From: an uncultured Planctomycetota bacterium | GTDB lineage: Bacteria; Planctomycetota; Planctomycetia; Isosphaerales; Isosphaeraceae | Assembly (NCBI GenBank): GCA_963823665.1 | Contig: CAWGMQ010000004.1 | Location: 448,001-512,000 of the forward strand | Length of the DNA stretch: 64,000 nucleotides | Direction: 5' to 3' | Shown here: piece after piece, positions 13,179 to 24,220 of the stretch | How the letters are laid out: every line of letters starts with the position of its first letter | How positions within the stretch are numbered: the stretch's first letter is position 1 | Translations under genes and position numbers: made by a program | The notes under the pieces: generated by a model | Seen by the model: the letters and a program-made list of their open reading frames with translations, nothing else | Databases searched by the model: none | Told to the model about the DNA's origin: nothing

Positions 13179-16100
13179 ATGCTGCGATTTCGTGTATCCC
13201 CCGGAAGACGTGGCCCCGGCGCTTGTGGACGTTCGGGCAGGGCCCGCAGGCGGTTGTTTCCCCAGGCCGATCGGCTCGAAGGGCGCCGGCTGCTCACGAT
13301 CAGTCTCGCAGACGGCTATAACATTTCCTCCTATGCTGGAGTCGGCTTCAGTCTCAACCCCGTCACCCAGATCACCGGCAGCTTTGATGGTCAGCCCGAT
13401 GATCGCCCATCCGACTACACGGTGCAAATCGATTGGGGTGACGGCGGCTCGCAGGACACGAGCGCCTCACTCGTGTCGGGCGGCATCTCGGGGAGCGATG
13501 GTTTCGTGCTGGTCAAGGCGTCGCACATTTACAAGCAGCCGGGCACTTACGAAGTCACGGTGACTGCCACCGGCCCAGAGAGCGAGTCCGCCTCCGCCAT
13601 GACCGCGACGGCGACGGTCGCCCCGATGCCTGATGCGGCCTCTCAACCCATCAGTGTCCCCACCGCATACTCGGGGGCCCAGCCGCTCGCTTACGAAGAC
13701 CTGAGCCTCGGGGACGGGTACAATATCTCCTCTTATGCCGGAGTCGGCTTCAGCCTCAACCCGGTTACCCAGATCACCAGCTCCTACAACGGCCAGGCCG
13801 ACGACACCGTCTCCGACTACAAGGCCCAAATCAACTGGGGCGACGCCACCACCTGGGACACCAGTACGCAGCTCGTCTCCGGCGGCACCTCCGGCAGCGA
13901 TGGCTTCGTGCTGGTTAAAGGATCGCACATCTACAAGCAGCAGGGCACCTATGACATCACCGTCTATGTCACCGGGCCCGACGGCCAGACAATCTCTCAC
14001 GACACCGCGACCGCAACCGTCTCACCGATGCCAGACGCGGCCTCTCAACCCATCAGCGTGCCAACTGCGTACCAGGGTGCCCAGCCGCTCGCTTACGAAG
14101 ACTTGAGCCTCGGGGACGGGTACAACATCTCGTCTTATGCCGGAGTCGGCTTCAGCCTCAACCCGGTCACCCAGATCACCAGCTCCTACAACGGCCAGGC
14201 CGACGACACCGTCTCCGACTACAAGGCCCAAATCAACTGGGGCGACGCCACCACCTGGGACACCAGTACGCAGCTCGTCTCCGGCGGCACCTCCGGCAGC
14301 GATGGCTTCGTGCTGGTTAAAGGATCGCACATCTACAAGCAGCAGGGCACCTACGACATCACGGTCTATGTCACCGGGCCCGACGGCCAGACGATCTCCG
14401 ACGACACCGCGACCGCAACCGTCTCACCAATGCCAGACGCCGCCTCTCAACCCATCAGCGTGCCAACTGCGTACCAGGGGGCCCAGCCGCTCGCTTACGA
14501 AGACCTGAGCCTCGGGGACGGGTACAATATCTCCTCTTATGCCGGAGTCGGCTTCGGCCTCAACCCGGTCACCCAGATCACCAGCTCCTACAACGGCCAG
14601 GCCGACGACAACGTCTCGGACTACAAGGCCCAGATCAACTGGGGCGACAGCACGACCTGGGACAGCAACACACAGTTCGTCTCCGGAGGCATCTCCGGCA
14701 GCGATGGCTTCGTGCTGGTCAAAGGATCGCACATGTACAAGCAGCAGGGCACCTATGACATCACCGTCTATGTCACCGGGCCCGACGGCCAGACGATCTC
14801 CGACGACACCGCGACCGCAACCGTCTCACCGATGCCTGACGCCGCCTCTCAACCCATCAGCGTGCCAACTGCGTACCAGGGGGCCCAGCCGCTCGCTTAC
14901 GAAGACTTGAGTCTCGGGGACGGGTACAACATCTCGTCTTATGCCGGAGTCGGCTTCAGCTTGAACCCCGTCACCCAGATCACCAGCTCCTACAAGGGCC
15001 AGGCCGACGACACCGCCTCCGACTACAAGGCCCAGATCAACTGGGGCGACGGCACCACTTGGGACAGCAACACCCAGCTCGTCTCCAATGGCACCTCCGG
15101 CAGCGACGGCTTCGTGCTGGTCCAGGGATCGCACATTTACAGCCAACCCGGCACGTATGATGTCACGGTGTATGTCACCGGGCCCGACGGCCAGACGATT
15201 TCCGACGACACCGCGACGGCGAACGTTGCCGCAAGCTATAACATCGGGGTGATTACTCCGGGCTTTGAGCCGTTGAACTTCGCTCCGGTCAACTCACTTC
15301 TCGGTGTTCCGGCCTGGGAGACCCAGCTTGCCGGCGTACTCACGAACGAGGGCTACCAGGATGTGATTCAGTATAACTGGAATAGCGGTTTACCAAACCC
15401 CGGCGGAGTACAGAATGCCGCCACGACGCTCGAGCAGATGATCCTGACGCGCACCGATGCGTTGATCTCGGCGGACAGCATTCCGAGCACGACGCCGATC
15501 AATCTGCATGTGATCGGCCATAGTCGGGGCGTCGAGGTCGACAACCTTGCCCTCGGCTTGCTCGCAGCCGATCCCCAGCTTCCTCCCCAGTTGCGCATCG
15601 GTGCGATCGACGACACCATGCTCGACCCCCACCCCGCGAATCCCGCGTCAGACTCTCAGGAATCGATCAGCACAAATCCGGTAAGTGGCCTGATCGGCAA
15701 GTTTGCGTCACTGGTGATCGCCGGATTCGACCGCATCGCCAACGACCCAACCCTCAGTATGCCTGCACTGATCAACAGCAATGAAACATTCGAGGTCTAT
15801 TACCAGAACACCACCGCCAACAATGACTCCGGAAGCCAGTACCTCGGCTTTCCCGGCTCGATTCTGAATCTCTGGGGAGAGACTGCCGGCTTGAGCGGCA
15901 CCATGATCCCGCTGACGAATACGGTCGATCACACACATATCGCAGAATACTATGTTAACCTGCTCGAACAGTTGACACCGATGCCGAACCAGTCCAGTTC
16001 CAACGACTCTTTTTCCGGGTCTGCGCAGCCGGGCGCCCTTGACGGCGAAATCGAGGCGACCGCCCCGGGAGGCCCTGCTGGCCTGGACGTCATCTATCCT

Positions 16101-17054
16101 CAAGAGGTGTACAATCTCACGGTCGCACAGTCATTTGTAAACCAGATTCAAACCATCGACGACGAAGAGAGCAGCGGTGATACGGCCGGCATGTTCGCCG
16201 CGCTCTTAACCTTGGAGGCGATGCTCACGTCCGGCAGCGGTACGACAATCAATCCCCAGTTCGCTTCGTCCTTCGAGTCTGCTGCCCAGATCCTTGTGAA
16301 TACGACCGAAGGAAATCCCACCGCGGCCACGTTGTCGGCCTCTGGCAGTAACGCGACTCAAACAGTCGGGACAACGTTCTCCGGCGTCGTCGCCACCTTC
16401 AGTGCATCGAGCACAAATGTCATCTCGGCTCAATATCAAACCACGATCAACTGGGGTGACGGCCAGAGCTCTGCCGGAGTGGTCATCGCCGGCGGCGGGG
16501 GCAAGTTTGCGGTCGAAGGCACACACACGTATCTGGCGCCGGGAACCTTCCAGGTGACGGTGGCAATTGATGATGCCGGCGGAAGCACGGCGACGCCTCA
16601 GGGTGCTATTCAGGTGCTTCCGCCTCCCGTGAGAGTCGCCTCGTTGGAGCTGGAGACGGTCAAGGTCGCCGTGCACAAGAAGAAGGAGAAGGAGACGGTC
16701 CTCGAGCTCCAGTTCAGCGGTGCTTTGAGCGCGGCCGCCGCCGAAGACCTCGCTGCCTATCAGCTTCTCTCCGGAAAAACCAAGAAAGCGGTGACAACGT
16801 TCAACAAGCCCGTGGCGCTCTCCTCCGCGCAGTACAATCCCGCGACGCTCACTGTAACCCTCGTTCCGGTGCGCAAGCTCAACCTCGAAAAGCCCGAACG
16901 CCTCACGATCAACGCCGCACTTCTGACAGACGCCTACGGTCGCCCAGTCGGTGGGAACTTTGTCGCCATCATCCGCAAAGGTGGCATCAGCATTCCTGCA
17001 GCCAGCGCCGGGTATGGCAACGATTCGCGACAAAATGGGCCATTGGCACCGTGA
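13179..17054 (+). CDS. Planctomycete extracellular protein: LEGRRLL N-terminal motif, 5 PKD-like repeats, alpha/beta-hydrolase domain, further PKD-like and C-terminal domains
   Basis: N-terminal 'RRRLFPQADRLEGRRLLT'; I(N/D)WGD...H.Y..PGTY repeats; nucleophile elbow 'HVIGHSRG' (~15507), 'MLDPHP', 'DHTHI'. Confidence 0.85.
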   Translation: MLRFRVSPGRRGPGACGRSGRARRRLFPQADRLEGRRLLTISLADGYNISSYAGVGFSLNPVTQITGSFDGQPDDRPSDYTVQIDWGDGGSQDTSASLVSGGISGSDGFVLVKASHIYKQPGTYEVTVTATGPESESASAMTATATVAPMPDAASQPISVPTAYSGAQPLAYEDLSLGDGYNISSYAGVGFSLNPVTQITSSYNGQADDTVSDYKAQINWGDATTWDTSTQLVSGGTSGSDGFVLVKGSHIYKQQGTYDITVYVTGPDGQTISHDTATATVSPMPDAASQPISVPTAYQGAQPLAYEDLSLGDGYNISSYAGVGFSLNPVTQITSSYNGQADDTVSDYKAQINWGDATTWDTSTQLVSGGTSGSDGFVLVKGSHIYKQQGTYDITVYVTGPDGQTISDDTATATVSPMPDAASQPISVPTAYQGAQPLAYEDLSLGDGYNISSYAGVGFGLNPVTQITSSYNGQADDNVSDYKAQINWGDSTTWDSNTQFVSGGISGSDGFVLVKGSHMYKQQGTYDITVYVTGPDGQTISDDTATATVSPMPDAASQPISVPTAYQGAQPLAYEDLSLGDGYNISSYAGVGFSLNPVTQITSSYKGQADDTASDYKAQINWGDGTTWDSNTQLVSNGTSGSDGFVLVQGSHIYSQPGTYDVTVYVTGPDGQTISDDTATANVAASYNIGVITPGFEPLNFAPVNSLLGVPAWETQLAGVLTNEGYQDVIQYNWNSGLPNPGGVQNAATTLEQMILTRTDALISADSIPSTTPINLHVIGHSRGVEVDNLALGLLAADPQLPPQLRIGAIDDTMLDPHPANPASDSQESISTNPVSGLIGKFASLVIAGFDRIANDPTLSMPALINSNETFEVYYQNTTANNDSGSQYLGFPGSILNLWGETAGLSGTMIPLTNTVDHTHIAEYYVNLLEQLTPMPNQSSSNDSFSGSAQPGALDGEIEATAPGGPAGLDVIYPQEVYNLTVAQSFVNQIQTIDDEESSGDTAGMFAALLTLEAMLTSGSGTTINPQFASSFESAAQILVNTTEGNPTAATLSASGSNATQTVGTTFSGVVATFSASSTNVISAQYQTTINWGDGQSSAGVVIAGGGGKFAVEGTHTYLAPGTFQVTVAIDDAGGSTATPQGAIQVLPPPVRVASLELETVKVAVHKKKEKETVLELQFSGALSAAAAEDLAAYQLLSGKTKKAVTTFNKPVALSSAQYNPATLTVTLVPVRKLNLEKPERLTINAALLTDAYGRPVGGNFVAIIRKGGISIPAASAGYGNDSRQNGPLAP
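13300..15230 (+). repeat. Five tandem 402-bp (134-aa) near-identical repeats
   Basis: Shadow ORFs recur at 13735, 14137 and 14539 (402-bp spacing); the protein unit 'LSLGDGYNISSYAGVGFSLNPVTQI' repeats five times. Confidence 0.95.
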
Positions 17055-17381
17055 GCCCCTCACAACGACGCGTTTACAAGGGTCGGTTCCATGTCCGGTC
17101 GCAAGTCGAGCGTGTAGTCCGGGGCCGGGCTATCCCGGTCGAGATTGAGCGTGTTGGGTTCCGTGGACACCATACTCACTGCCGCGCGGTGAGAGTGATC
17201 ACGAGAATTGAGATTGAGCTGATCACGATGATTGACGGTCGGTTTCCAAATGTTGCTAAGCTTGTGTAACTCTGCTTTACTCTTTGGGTCGATCATGCGC
17301 TCACAGCGCTATCGACCGAGATGCAGCGTGTCTTGCTCCGGGTGGTGGTGTTTTCTCCCGACCGAGATTGAGGGGTGGTTC

Positions 17382-17993
17382 ATGGGTCAGCGAAATACTT
17401 CGGCGTGGTTCTTGCTTGTGGGACTGGCCGTCGCGGGGTGTTCGGGCGGGCCCAAGGATGGGAAGGAAGCAGCGGAGAAAGATTATCTGGACCGGATCAA
17501 TGCCCGTCTCGATGCGCCGCCGCCGCCGATCCCACCGGCACCGAAAGCGTCAGAGTTCAAGGAGTACAAATCGCCAAATACGTCGTTCCGCGTCAACTTT
17601 CCCGGTGAGCCCAAAGTGATCGACGCGGGGGCTTCCATACCGGACAAGATGCTGGAGGACAAATGGTACAGGGTCGAGCTCAAACCAAGGATTTACTCCG
17701 TTCGGCACAAGCATTACGAAACGGATCGCGATCCCGCGGAGGAGCTCCAACACCAGATTGATCTCCAGGTGGGCCAGACTCTCGAAGGCAAGATTACCGA
17801 CTCGAAGGACGTGAAGCTCAAAGGGCACCCGGGCAAGGAAGTCGTGATCATCGACGATGACAAGGCCCGCCGCGTCAAGTTGATTGTTGACGGGAAAGAT
17901 GTCTACCAGGTGTTCATCGATCTTCCGGTGGGCGAGGTCAACGGCGAGGATGCCAAGGCCTTCATCGAATCCTTCGAGTTGCTCAAGGACTGA
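17382..17993 (+). CDS. Hypothetical lipoprotein
   Basis: MGQRNTSAWFLLVGLAVAG-C lipobox; 'FRVNFPGEPK' and 'AKAFIESFELL' resemble PsbP-like planctomycete lipoproteins. Confidence 0.8.
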   Translation: MGQRNTSAWFLLVGLAVAGCSGGPKDGKEAAEKDYLDRINARLDAPPPPIPPAPKASEFKEYKSPNTSFRVNFPGEPKVIDAGASIPDKMLEDKWYRVELKPRIYSVRHKHYETDRDPAEELQHQIDLQVGQTLEGKITDSKDVKLKGHPGKEVVIIDDDKARRVKLIVDGKDVYQVFIDLPVGEVNGEDAKAFIESFELLKD

Positions 17994-18001
17994 GTTGAGG
18001 C

Positions 18002-18140
18002 GTATTCGTCGTGGCCGGTGAGCAGGGCTGCGTCGTGACAGAGGTTTTCGCGGGCAGTACCGCCGAACGCGCCGGGCTCAGACCCGGCGACGTGGTCACG
18101 GACTTCGATGGAACCCCAGTGCGGAACTTTGGCGAGTGGA
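18002..18140 (+). pseudogene. Isolated PDZ-domain fragment
   Basis: 'GCVVTEVFAGSTAERAGLRPGDVVTDFDGTPV' is a PDZ core; no proper start or continuation. Confidence 0.6.
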
Positions 18141-18182
18141 GAGCGATATCTGCAAGCCACCTCGAAGCCGGAGAACCCTCCC

Positions 18183-19626
18183 GTGCTTGCACTCTTCTTG
18201 CTGACACTTGTGTTTGCGTCGATGTCTGCCGACGACCCGCCCGACGCGGTCGCGTTGATCGGGCGGCTGGGCTCCGAATCGTTCGATGACCGCGTGGCGG
18301 CCTACAAGGCTTTGGAGCGCCTTCGCGGCGTAGCCCTGCCGACACTCCGAGCGGCCGCGCGACACGAGTGACATGCGGGTCCGGGCGCGCGTCCTCGCCT
18401 TGATCGAATCCATCGGGCGCGAGATCGAGGCGGAGCGGCTCGCACGACCGACCATGATTCGACTCGACTTCCGCACCCGGCCGCTCGGCGAGGTCGTCGA
18501 TGCCCTCAACGACCGTTACGACCTCGGGTTGTCCCTGCGGCTCGGCCCGGCGCCGGCGCCGGGGTTGAGGATATTCGGTCCCGGCCAACCGGATCGGCTG
18601 AGGGAACTGAGGAACCGCGAGATCAGGCCCAAGGCGGCCCGGCCGTTGCCGTTCTGGGAGGCGATCGACCGACTCTGCGAGGCCGGCGCCCTGCGCTATG
18701 GCATCTCTCCCCGCCGAGGGTTCCTGACCGGTCGCGGCTCTCTGATCCTGATGGCCGACCGGACGGGCCGCGGCCCGATCTCCGACTCCGGTCCGTTTCG
18801 CGTCCAGATCACCTGGGCTCATCCCGTCTTCGGGCGGGATATCCCCTTTGATCCCGCCCCCCCGCGGCGCGGAGCGACGCCCGGCGCCGGCGACCTGAGC
18901 GTGCCGCTGGCCGTCCTCCCCGAGCCCGGTCTGATGCTCCGCCGGAACGGGGCGGTGTCGGTCACGGAGGCGACCGACGAGCGGGGCCGTTCGCTGCTGG
19001 CGCCGAGTGCTCCCGCGGAGGTCAAGCCCGGACCGGCCAACCGATCCCTTCAAGCTATGGATGAAGGCGACGCGATCCAGGTGAGCGCGATCCTCGTGGC
19101 GCCCGACCCGCCCGCGACGGTGATCCGCCGGCTCCGGGGCAAAGTGCCCGTCATCGCGGTCGCCAGGGGCTCCGACCCGATGGTCATCCGGTTGAACGCG
19201 GAAGGTGTCCTCGGGAGGCCGTATTCGACCCGCGACTTGACTCTTGTGATCGACGAGGTCTCGCTGGATCCCGGGGCTCCGGCCTCGGTCAAGGTGACCG
19301 TCCGCGTCAATCGCGGAGATCGCGCGACGTTCGCGAGGCACGACCCGCCCCGGCCCGTCTTCGCGGCATTCAACCTCGGCGGAGTGCTCGAGCATCTGGA
19401 GCTACACGACGCGGCCGGCCGGCGGCTCAACCATCACCTCGGCTCACAGATGAGGCGCATCGACGGCGACCGTTACGAGTTAGTCGTCTCGCCCATTTCG
19501 GAGGCCAATCCCGGCGTCGGTGCAGCGACCTCGAAGACTCCCATCCCCTCCGAATTACGGTACTACGGATTCGTCGAGACGGTGACGGAAATCCCCTTCG
19601 ATTTCCGCGACGTTCCCATTCCCTGA
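18183..19626 (+). CDS. Secreted protein, paralogue 1 of 3 (signal peptide, HEAT-like hairpin, STN-like domain); frameshift at ~18365
   Basis: GGAG RBS and GTG at 18183 (VLALFLLTLVFASMSA-DD), continuing in ORF 18373-19626; C-terminus EIPFDFRDVPIP. Confidence 0.75.
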
Positions 19627-19646
19627 AACGGGCTGGAGTCTCGCCC

Positions 19647-20995
19647 ATGTCAATCACCCCTCTGGTCCTGTTGTTCGCCGCGCTGGCGGCTGTAGCGGCC
19701 GAGGAACCCGATCCGGCGCTGCTCGTCGCGAAACTGGGCTCGGCCGAACCGGCGGAGCGGGCCGCGGCAACCGAATCGCTCAAGGCGCTCGGCGCCTGGC
19801 GTTGCCCGCGCTGCAAGGGGCCATGAGGGCCGGCGACGGCGACGCCCAAGTCCGCCAGCGTGCGTCGGCCCTCTGGGAGACGATCCAGCGCGACGTCATG
19901 ACCCGGCCGTCGCCCGTCCGGCTCGACGTCCAGGATCGGCCGCTGTCCGTCGAGCTCGAAGACCTCGAGACGCAAACAGGCCTCACGTTGCAGCGTAACC
20001 CGAGTGCCCCAGATAAGCACGTGACTCTCCGCGAGCCGGCCCAGGTCCCGTTCTGGACGGCGCTCGAGCGGCTCGGGTTGTGGGGCATTTACTATCAGAA
20101 CCCGGGACAAGGCAAGTTCCCGACGCTCATCCTCAGCGAAGTTCCCGCGCCGGCGTTCATCACGACCGCCGGCCCGTTCCGGGTCACCTTGATAGGCCTG
20201 CACCTGCACCGCGACCGCCAGTTGATCCGCGGCCCCTGGGTCCGGATCGATCGGTTCGGACAGCGGATCGACGTCCCGAGCGAAGATCTCAAGGGAGAGT
20301 CCGTCACGTTCTACGGCGGCCTCGAAGTCGTGGTCGAGCCTCGAATGTGGTTCACCCAGGAAGCGCCCGTCCGGCTCATCGAGGCGGGCGACGACCTCGG
20401 CCAGTCGCTGGTCCCCGAGCCGGCCGACCTCGCGACCAGGCTCAAGGATAAGGTACACTTCGCGGTCTATGGGGGCAACGGCGTGGCTCAGGTGAGGACC
20501 GAGTTCCACCTCCGGCCCACGGACCACCTCGGTCGTTTCGCCCGGCTGCGCGGCGGCGTCCCTGTCATGCTCCACCTCCGCCGTCCCGAGCCGACGCTCG
20601 TCATCCCGCTGTCCGGCGCCGCCGGCAAGACATTCCGGTGCGACGACGCCGAGTTCACGATCCTGACCGTGACTGATTCGCCAGCGACGACGAGCGTTTC
20701 GATGACCGTGCGCCTTAACGTCGACAAAGCCGACCTGCCCGCCAACCCAGACGGCCCGTTGATCACGTCGAGGCTCCTTGTGATGGGCGAGCACCAACTG
20801 CAACTGACCGATGCCGCCGGGACGGTGCTGGCGTACTCGACCAGCAGCGGTAGCGGCAGCAGCGAGAACCCGTCCTTCTACCAGTGGACCATGGGCACGT
20901 TTCGGAATGGCCGCGCGACTCACCTGCGCTATTACAGCATGCTCCGCGTCCGATCCGAGGCGGCCTTCGACTTCCGGGACGTGCCCTTGCCCTGA
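19647..20995 (+). CDS. Secreted protein, paralogue 2 of 3; frameshift at ~19795
   Basis: GGAG RBS, ATG 19647 (MSITPLVLLFAALAAVAAEE), joins ORF 19802-20995; C-terminus EAAFDFRDVPLP. Confidence 0.75.
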
Positions 20996-21053
20996 ATCCC
21001 GGCTTGAGAGCGGCTCGAAAAACAAAGCACAAGAACCGAGAGAGGTGCGATGG

Positions 21054-22370
21054 ATGTTACCCTTCCCCTTGATACTCGTCCTGACGTCGGCCCTGGCCGC
21101 GGACCTCTCGCCCCAGGAGCTGATCGTGCGCCTCGGTTCGCCCGATCGCGTGGTCCGCGAGGAGGCGGCACGGACGCTGGAGGAGCAGGGCATGGAAGCC
21201 TTGCCGGCCCTCCGCGCCGCGCGTGAGGCGGCCAGAGAGCCGGAGGCCCGCGAACGGCTCGCCGGCCTGATCGCCCGGGTCGAGGCCCGCTTGCTCGATC
21301 GGCCGACGAAGGTAGTCCTGGACGTCGACGACCGACCGCTCGGCGAGGCCGTGCAGGCGCTCGCGACTCGCAGCGGCTTCTCGCTGTCAGTCGGCGACAC
21401 GGCCCTCGCCGCCCGAAGAGTCACGGTACGGACCGCGGGCCCTCTGCCGTTCTGGGAAGCGGTCGACCGGCTCGGCCGCGCCGGGCACGTCCGTCACGAC
21501 CCCGGGCCTAGCCACGACGCGCTCGCCAAGGATCGCCGGGCGCCGACGATCCACCTTGTCGACGGGGACCCACCAGCTCTCACCGCGTATTCCGGGCCCG
21601 TTCGCATCCATCTCTTCGCCACGCACCGGCATCGCGACCTGAACTTCGAGGCCGATGGTTTCTCCCGCGTTCCGCGGCGGAACGCCACGGTGACCGTCGA
21701 GGTCCAGGCGTTCGCCGAGCCCGGTCGGTTCCTCAATCCCAACGGCCTGCCCCGCCTGGAGGCCGTCGATGAGCGGGGCGGGGCGATCTCTCCACAACCG
21801 GTTGGAGGCGGCGAGCAGCCGGAGCGGGGCGGGAATTCCTGGCTCATCCCGGGGAGCATCTCCCTGCTGCACTGGCACGTACCGCTCGGTGTTCCCGACC
21901 TGCCCATGCGGTCGCCCCTGAAACTCCGCGGTGTCCTGCCCGTCGTCATCTCATCGCGGAGGCCCGACCCTCTGGTCATCCCACTGGTTGGCGCCGCCGG
22001 CAAGACGTTTCGCCAGGGTACGAGAGTCGTCCGGATCGAGAAGGTCTCCGGCCAGAACGCGGACACCACGGCGTTCGACCTCTTCCTGAGTGAAGCTGTG
22101 ATCCCGGCGGATCGTACAAGGGTCTCACCGGGCGCCGAAACGGACTATATCGGTGACTTTCTCCCCAACCGGATCGAGTTCGATGACGCCGAGGGCCACC
22201 CCTTGAGCTGGCTGCTGCTCGGCGACCCCGCGGCCTCGACCACGAACGATGAAGTCCGGGTCCGGACCTTCGTCTCGGGTGTCGCTCCGCCCGTGCGCCT
22301 CCGCGTGTACCGCCTTCACCGCCTGGCGACCGAGGTCCCGTTCGAGTTCAGCAACGTCCGCTCGCCATGA
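21054..22370 (+). CDS. Secreted protein, paralogue 3 of 3 (intact)
   Basis: MLPFPLILVLTSALAA signal; 'LIVRLGSPDRVVREEAARTL' HEAT-like; 'LPFWEAVDRL'; C-terminus EVPFEFSNVRSP. Confidence 0.85.
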   Translation: MLPFPLILVLTSALAADLSPQELIVRLGSPDRVVREEAARTLEEQGMEALPALRAAREAAREPEARERLAGLIARVEARLLDRPTKVVLDVDDRPLGEAVQALATRSGFSLSVGDTALAARRVTVRTAGPLPFWEAVDRLGRAGHVRHDPGPSHDALAKDRRAPTIHLVDGDPPALTAYSGPVRIHLFATHRHRDLNFEADGFSRVPRRNATVTVEVQAFAEPGRFLNPNGLPRLEAVDERGGAISPQPVGGGEQPERGGNSWLIPGSISLLHWHVPLGVPDLPMRSPLKLRGVLPVVISSRRPDPLVIPLVGAAGKTFRQGTRVVRIEKVSGQNADTTAFDLFLSEAVIPADRTRVSPGAETDYIGDFLPNRIEFDDAEGHPLSWLLLGDPAASTTNDEVRVRTFVSGVAPPVRLRVYRLHRLATEVPFEFSNVRSP

Positions 22371-22384
22371 AAATAGGCGGTCCT

Positions 22385-22625
22385 GGTGAAAGCCGTGGTC
22401 AGGTCAGGAATTCGGCATTGTTCCTTGACGTGTTCGACTCTCGCGGTAATGGACGTGTGGGGACTTGATTCCGGGACTTCGACGATGCCGGCGGCGACGG
22501 GGTTCACATCAATGGTTATCCATGACCGAAAACCCGCCGACCGATACCGCGAAGATTTCCGCATGTTCTTGGAGCCTGTGCTCGATCCATTGCCGGCGGT
22601 CGAGCGGGCCTTCGCTCAGCAAGAG
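22385..22625 (-). pseudogene. Internally deleted RAYT/IS200-like (HUH Y1) transposase remnant
   Basis: Minus strand reads 'LLSEGPLDRRQWIEHRLQEHAEIFAVSVGGFSVMDNH' joined directly to 'IDVNPVAAGIVEVPESSPHTSITARVEHVK'; both are blocks of planctomycete RAYT-like transposases. Confidence 0.7.
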
Positions 22626-22703
22626 AGCGCGAAGCTTCGCTGGGAAGGCTATCCGAACGGTTCCGGCCGGTGGGGAGGGGACCTTCCATGGCTGTTCCCG
22701 AAT

Positions 22704-23850
22704 CAAGGCCGAGGTCACAGGCCGGTTAGAGCACCCGGGCGTGGTTCCGATCTACGCCCTGGGGACCGATGCCGACGGGTCTCCCTGCTACGCCATGCGA
22801 TTCATTCATGGCGAGACGCTCCAGGACGCCATTGGCGCGTTCCACAAGGCGGAATCGCCCGGGGGCGGCCCGTCGGAGCGGTCGCTCGCTCTGCGTGAGG
22901 TCTTGACTCGGTTTGTCTCGATTTGCAGCACGGTTGGCTATGCGCACAGTCGCGGCGTACTTCACCTCGATCTGAAGCCGCAAAACGTGATGCTGGGCAA
23001 ATATGACGAGACCCTCGTGGTGGATTGGGGGCTCGCCAAGCCGATTTCGCGCGACGACGCCGCTCGATCGGAAGGTGAGGAGGCGCTCTTGCCGAGCTCG
23101 GGCAGTGGGTCTGTCATCTGGAGCGGCTCGCCAATATCGAGCGGATGACCGGCAGCTCTGACTCCGCGCTCGTCCATTACGCCCAGGCCGAAGCGCTGTA
23201 CAAGAAGCTCGTCGAGGAATCTCCGAGCGACGAGACGACCGGAGACGGTCTGGCCGCCCTCGAGCGCGACTTTGCAGAGGCGCTCAAGATGGGAGGGCGG
23301 CCCGCGGAGGCATTTCCGCGCTACGCCCTGGCGCTCGAGCTCGCCCGGGCCCGCCACGATGCGAATCCCGGAACTCACTCGACCAGGCTGAGGCCGATTG
23401 TCGAGCCGCGCAGGCTTTTCTCGAGCCGGTCGTCCAGAAGTCGTCAAACGACACCAATGCCGCGGGTCTTCTCGCGCTCACCCTCTCGCGCCGCGGACGC
23501 ATTGAGTGGGAACGGAACGACCGCGACGCAGCAAAAAAGTTCTGGGACGATGCCATTGCCCGGTGCGAACTGGCCGTCAAAGAGCCTGGCGGGAATCCTC
23601 GCGCCGCGAAGCTCCTTGAGCGCATATGCGCCGAGCGAGGACGTGCAGCGGGGCCGGCGCAATCCGCGGTTTCGTCCTCGCCGTGAGGCAGAGTCGCAAG
23701 GACATGCAGTGCGTCGGCGCGTCCAACATGCCCCTCAGGTCGAGCCGGCGCGACGGTTCGCTTCCTGAACGCATAGCCGGCTCGGTCGTTATCTGCGCGG
23801 TCGAGAACGGAAAGGACAAGGCCGCGCAAGCGGGCAGCGGACGGTGAGGG
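22704..23850 (+). pseudogene. Fragmented Ser/Thr kinase (internal subdomains) plus TPR-like remnants
   Basis: 'AEVTGRLEHPGVVPIY...HLDLKPQNVMLGKYDETLVVDWGLAK', followed by frameshifted TPR-like pieces; no P-loop or start. Confidence 0.8.
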
Positions 23851-23956
23851 CACAGCCGACCGTGTGGTAAACTGCTGCGACGGCGACACAAAAAGCGATC
23901 GACAGCAGTTAGACGCCTGCGATTGGCACCGGCTGCATTGCATGCCCTTGCTCTTC

Positions 23957-24220
23957 CTATCCATGAGCCTGATCCGTGGCCCGTGTGACTCCTGGCGGTT
24001 TTGGTGGCGGCTTCGCGGCCGTGAATCCGTGGGCCTGGCAGAACAACTCCGCGTTCAGCTCCAGGAAGGCAGTATAGGCTTGGTCGATCGAGCGGTAGAT
24101 CGCGCCGTTGCGGTCGAACCCAAGTTGCTCCATTCGACGACGACAGCGGTACAGGAACTCCATCATGGGCCGGATGCGGTCGCGAGTCGCCTGTGCTTGT
24201 CTTCGGCTGAGTATCCTCAT
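23957..24220 (-). CDS. Conserved small helical protein of unknown function, copy 1 of 3
   Basis: MRILSRRQAQATRDRIRPM... ORF is present three times with frame and promoter preserved. Confidence 0.7.
   Translation of the reverse strand: MRILSRRQAQATRDRIRPMMEFLYRCRRRMEQLGFDRNGAIYRSIDQAYTAFLELNAELFCQAHGFTAAKPPPKPPGVTRATDQAHG

Noticed and set aside
13300..15230. CRISPR-like array
   Set aside because: 402-bp in-frame coding repeats with no unique spacers; no cas genes.
17983..21424. Long minus-strand ORFs (470 aa, 665 aa) and similar shadows such as 30944-32467 +, 43498-44772 -, 47376-48653 -
   Set aside because: Antisense shadows of well-supported genes in high-GC DNA; no recognisable motifs.
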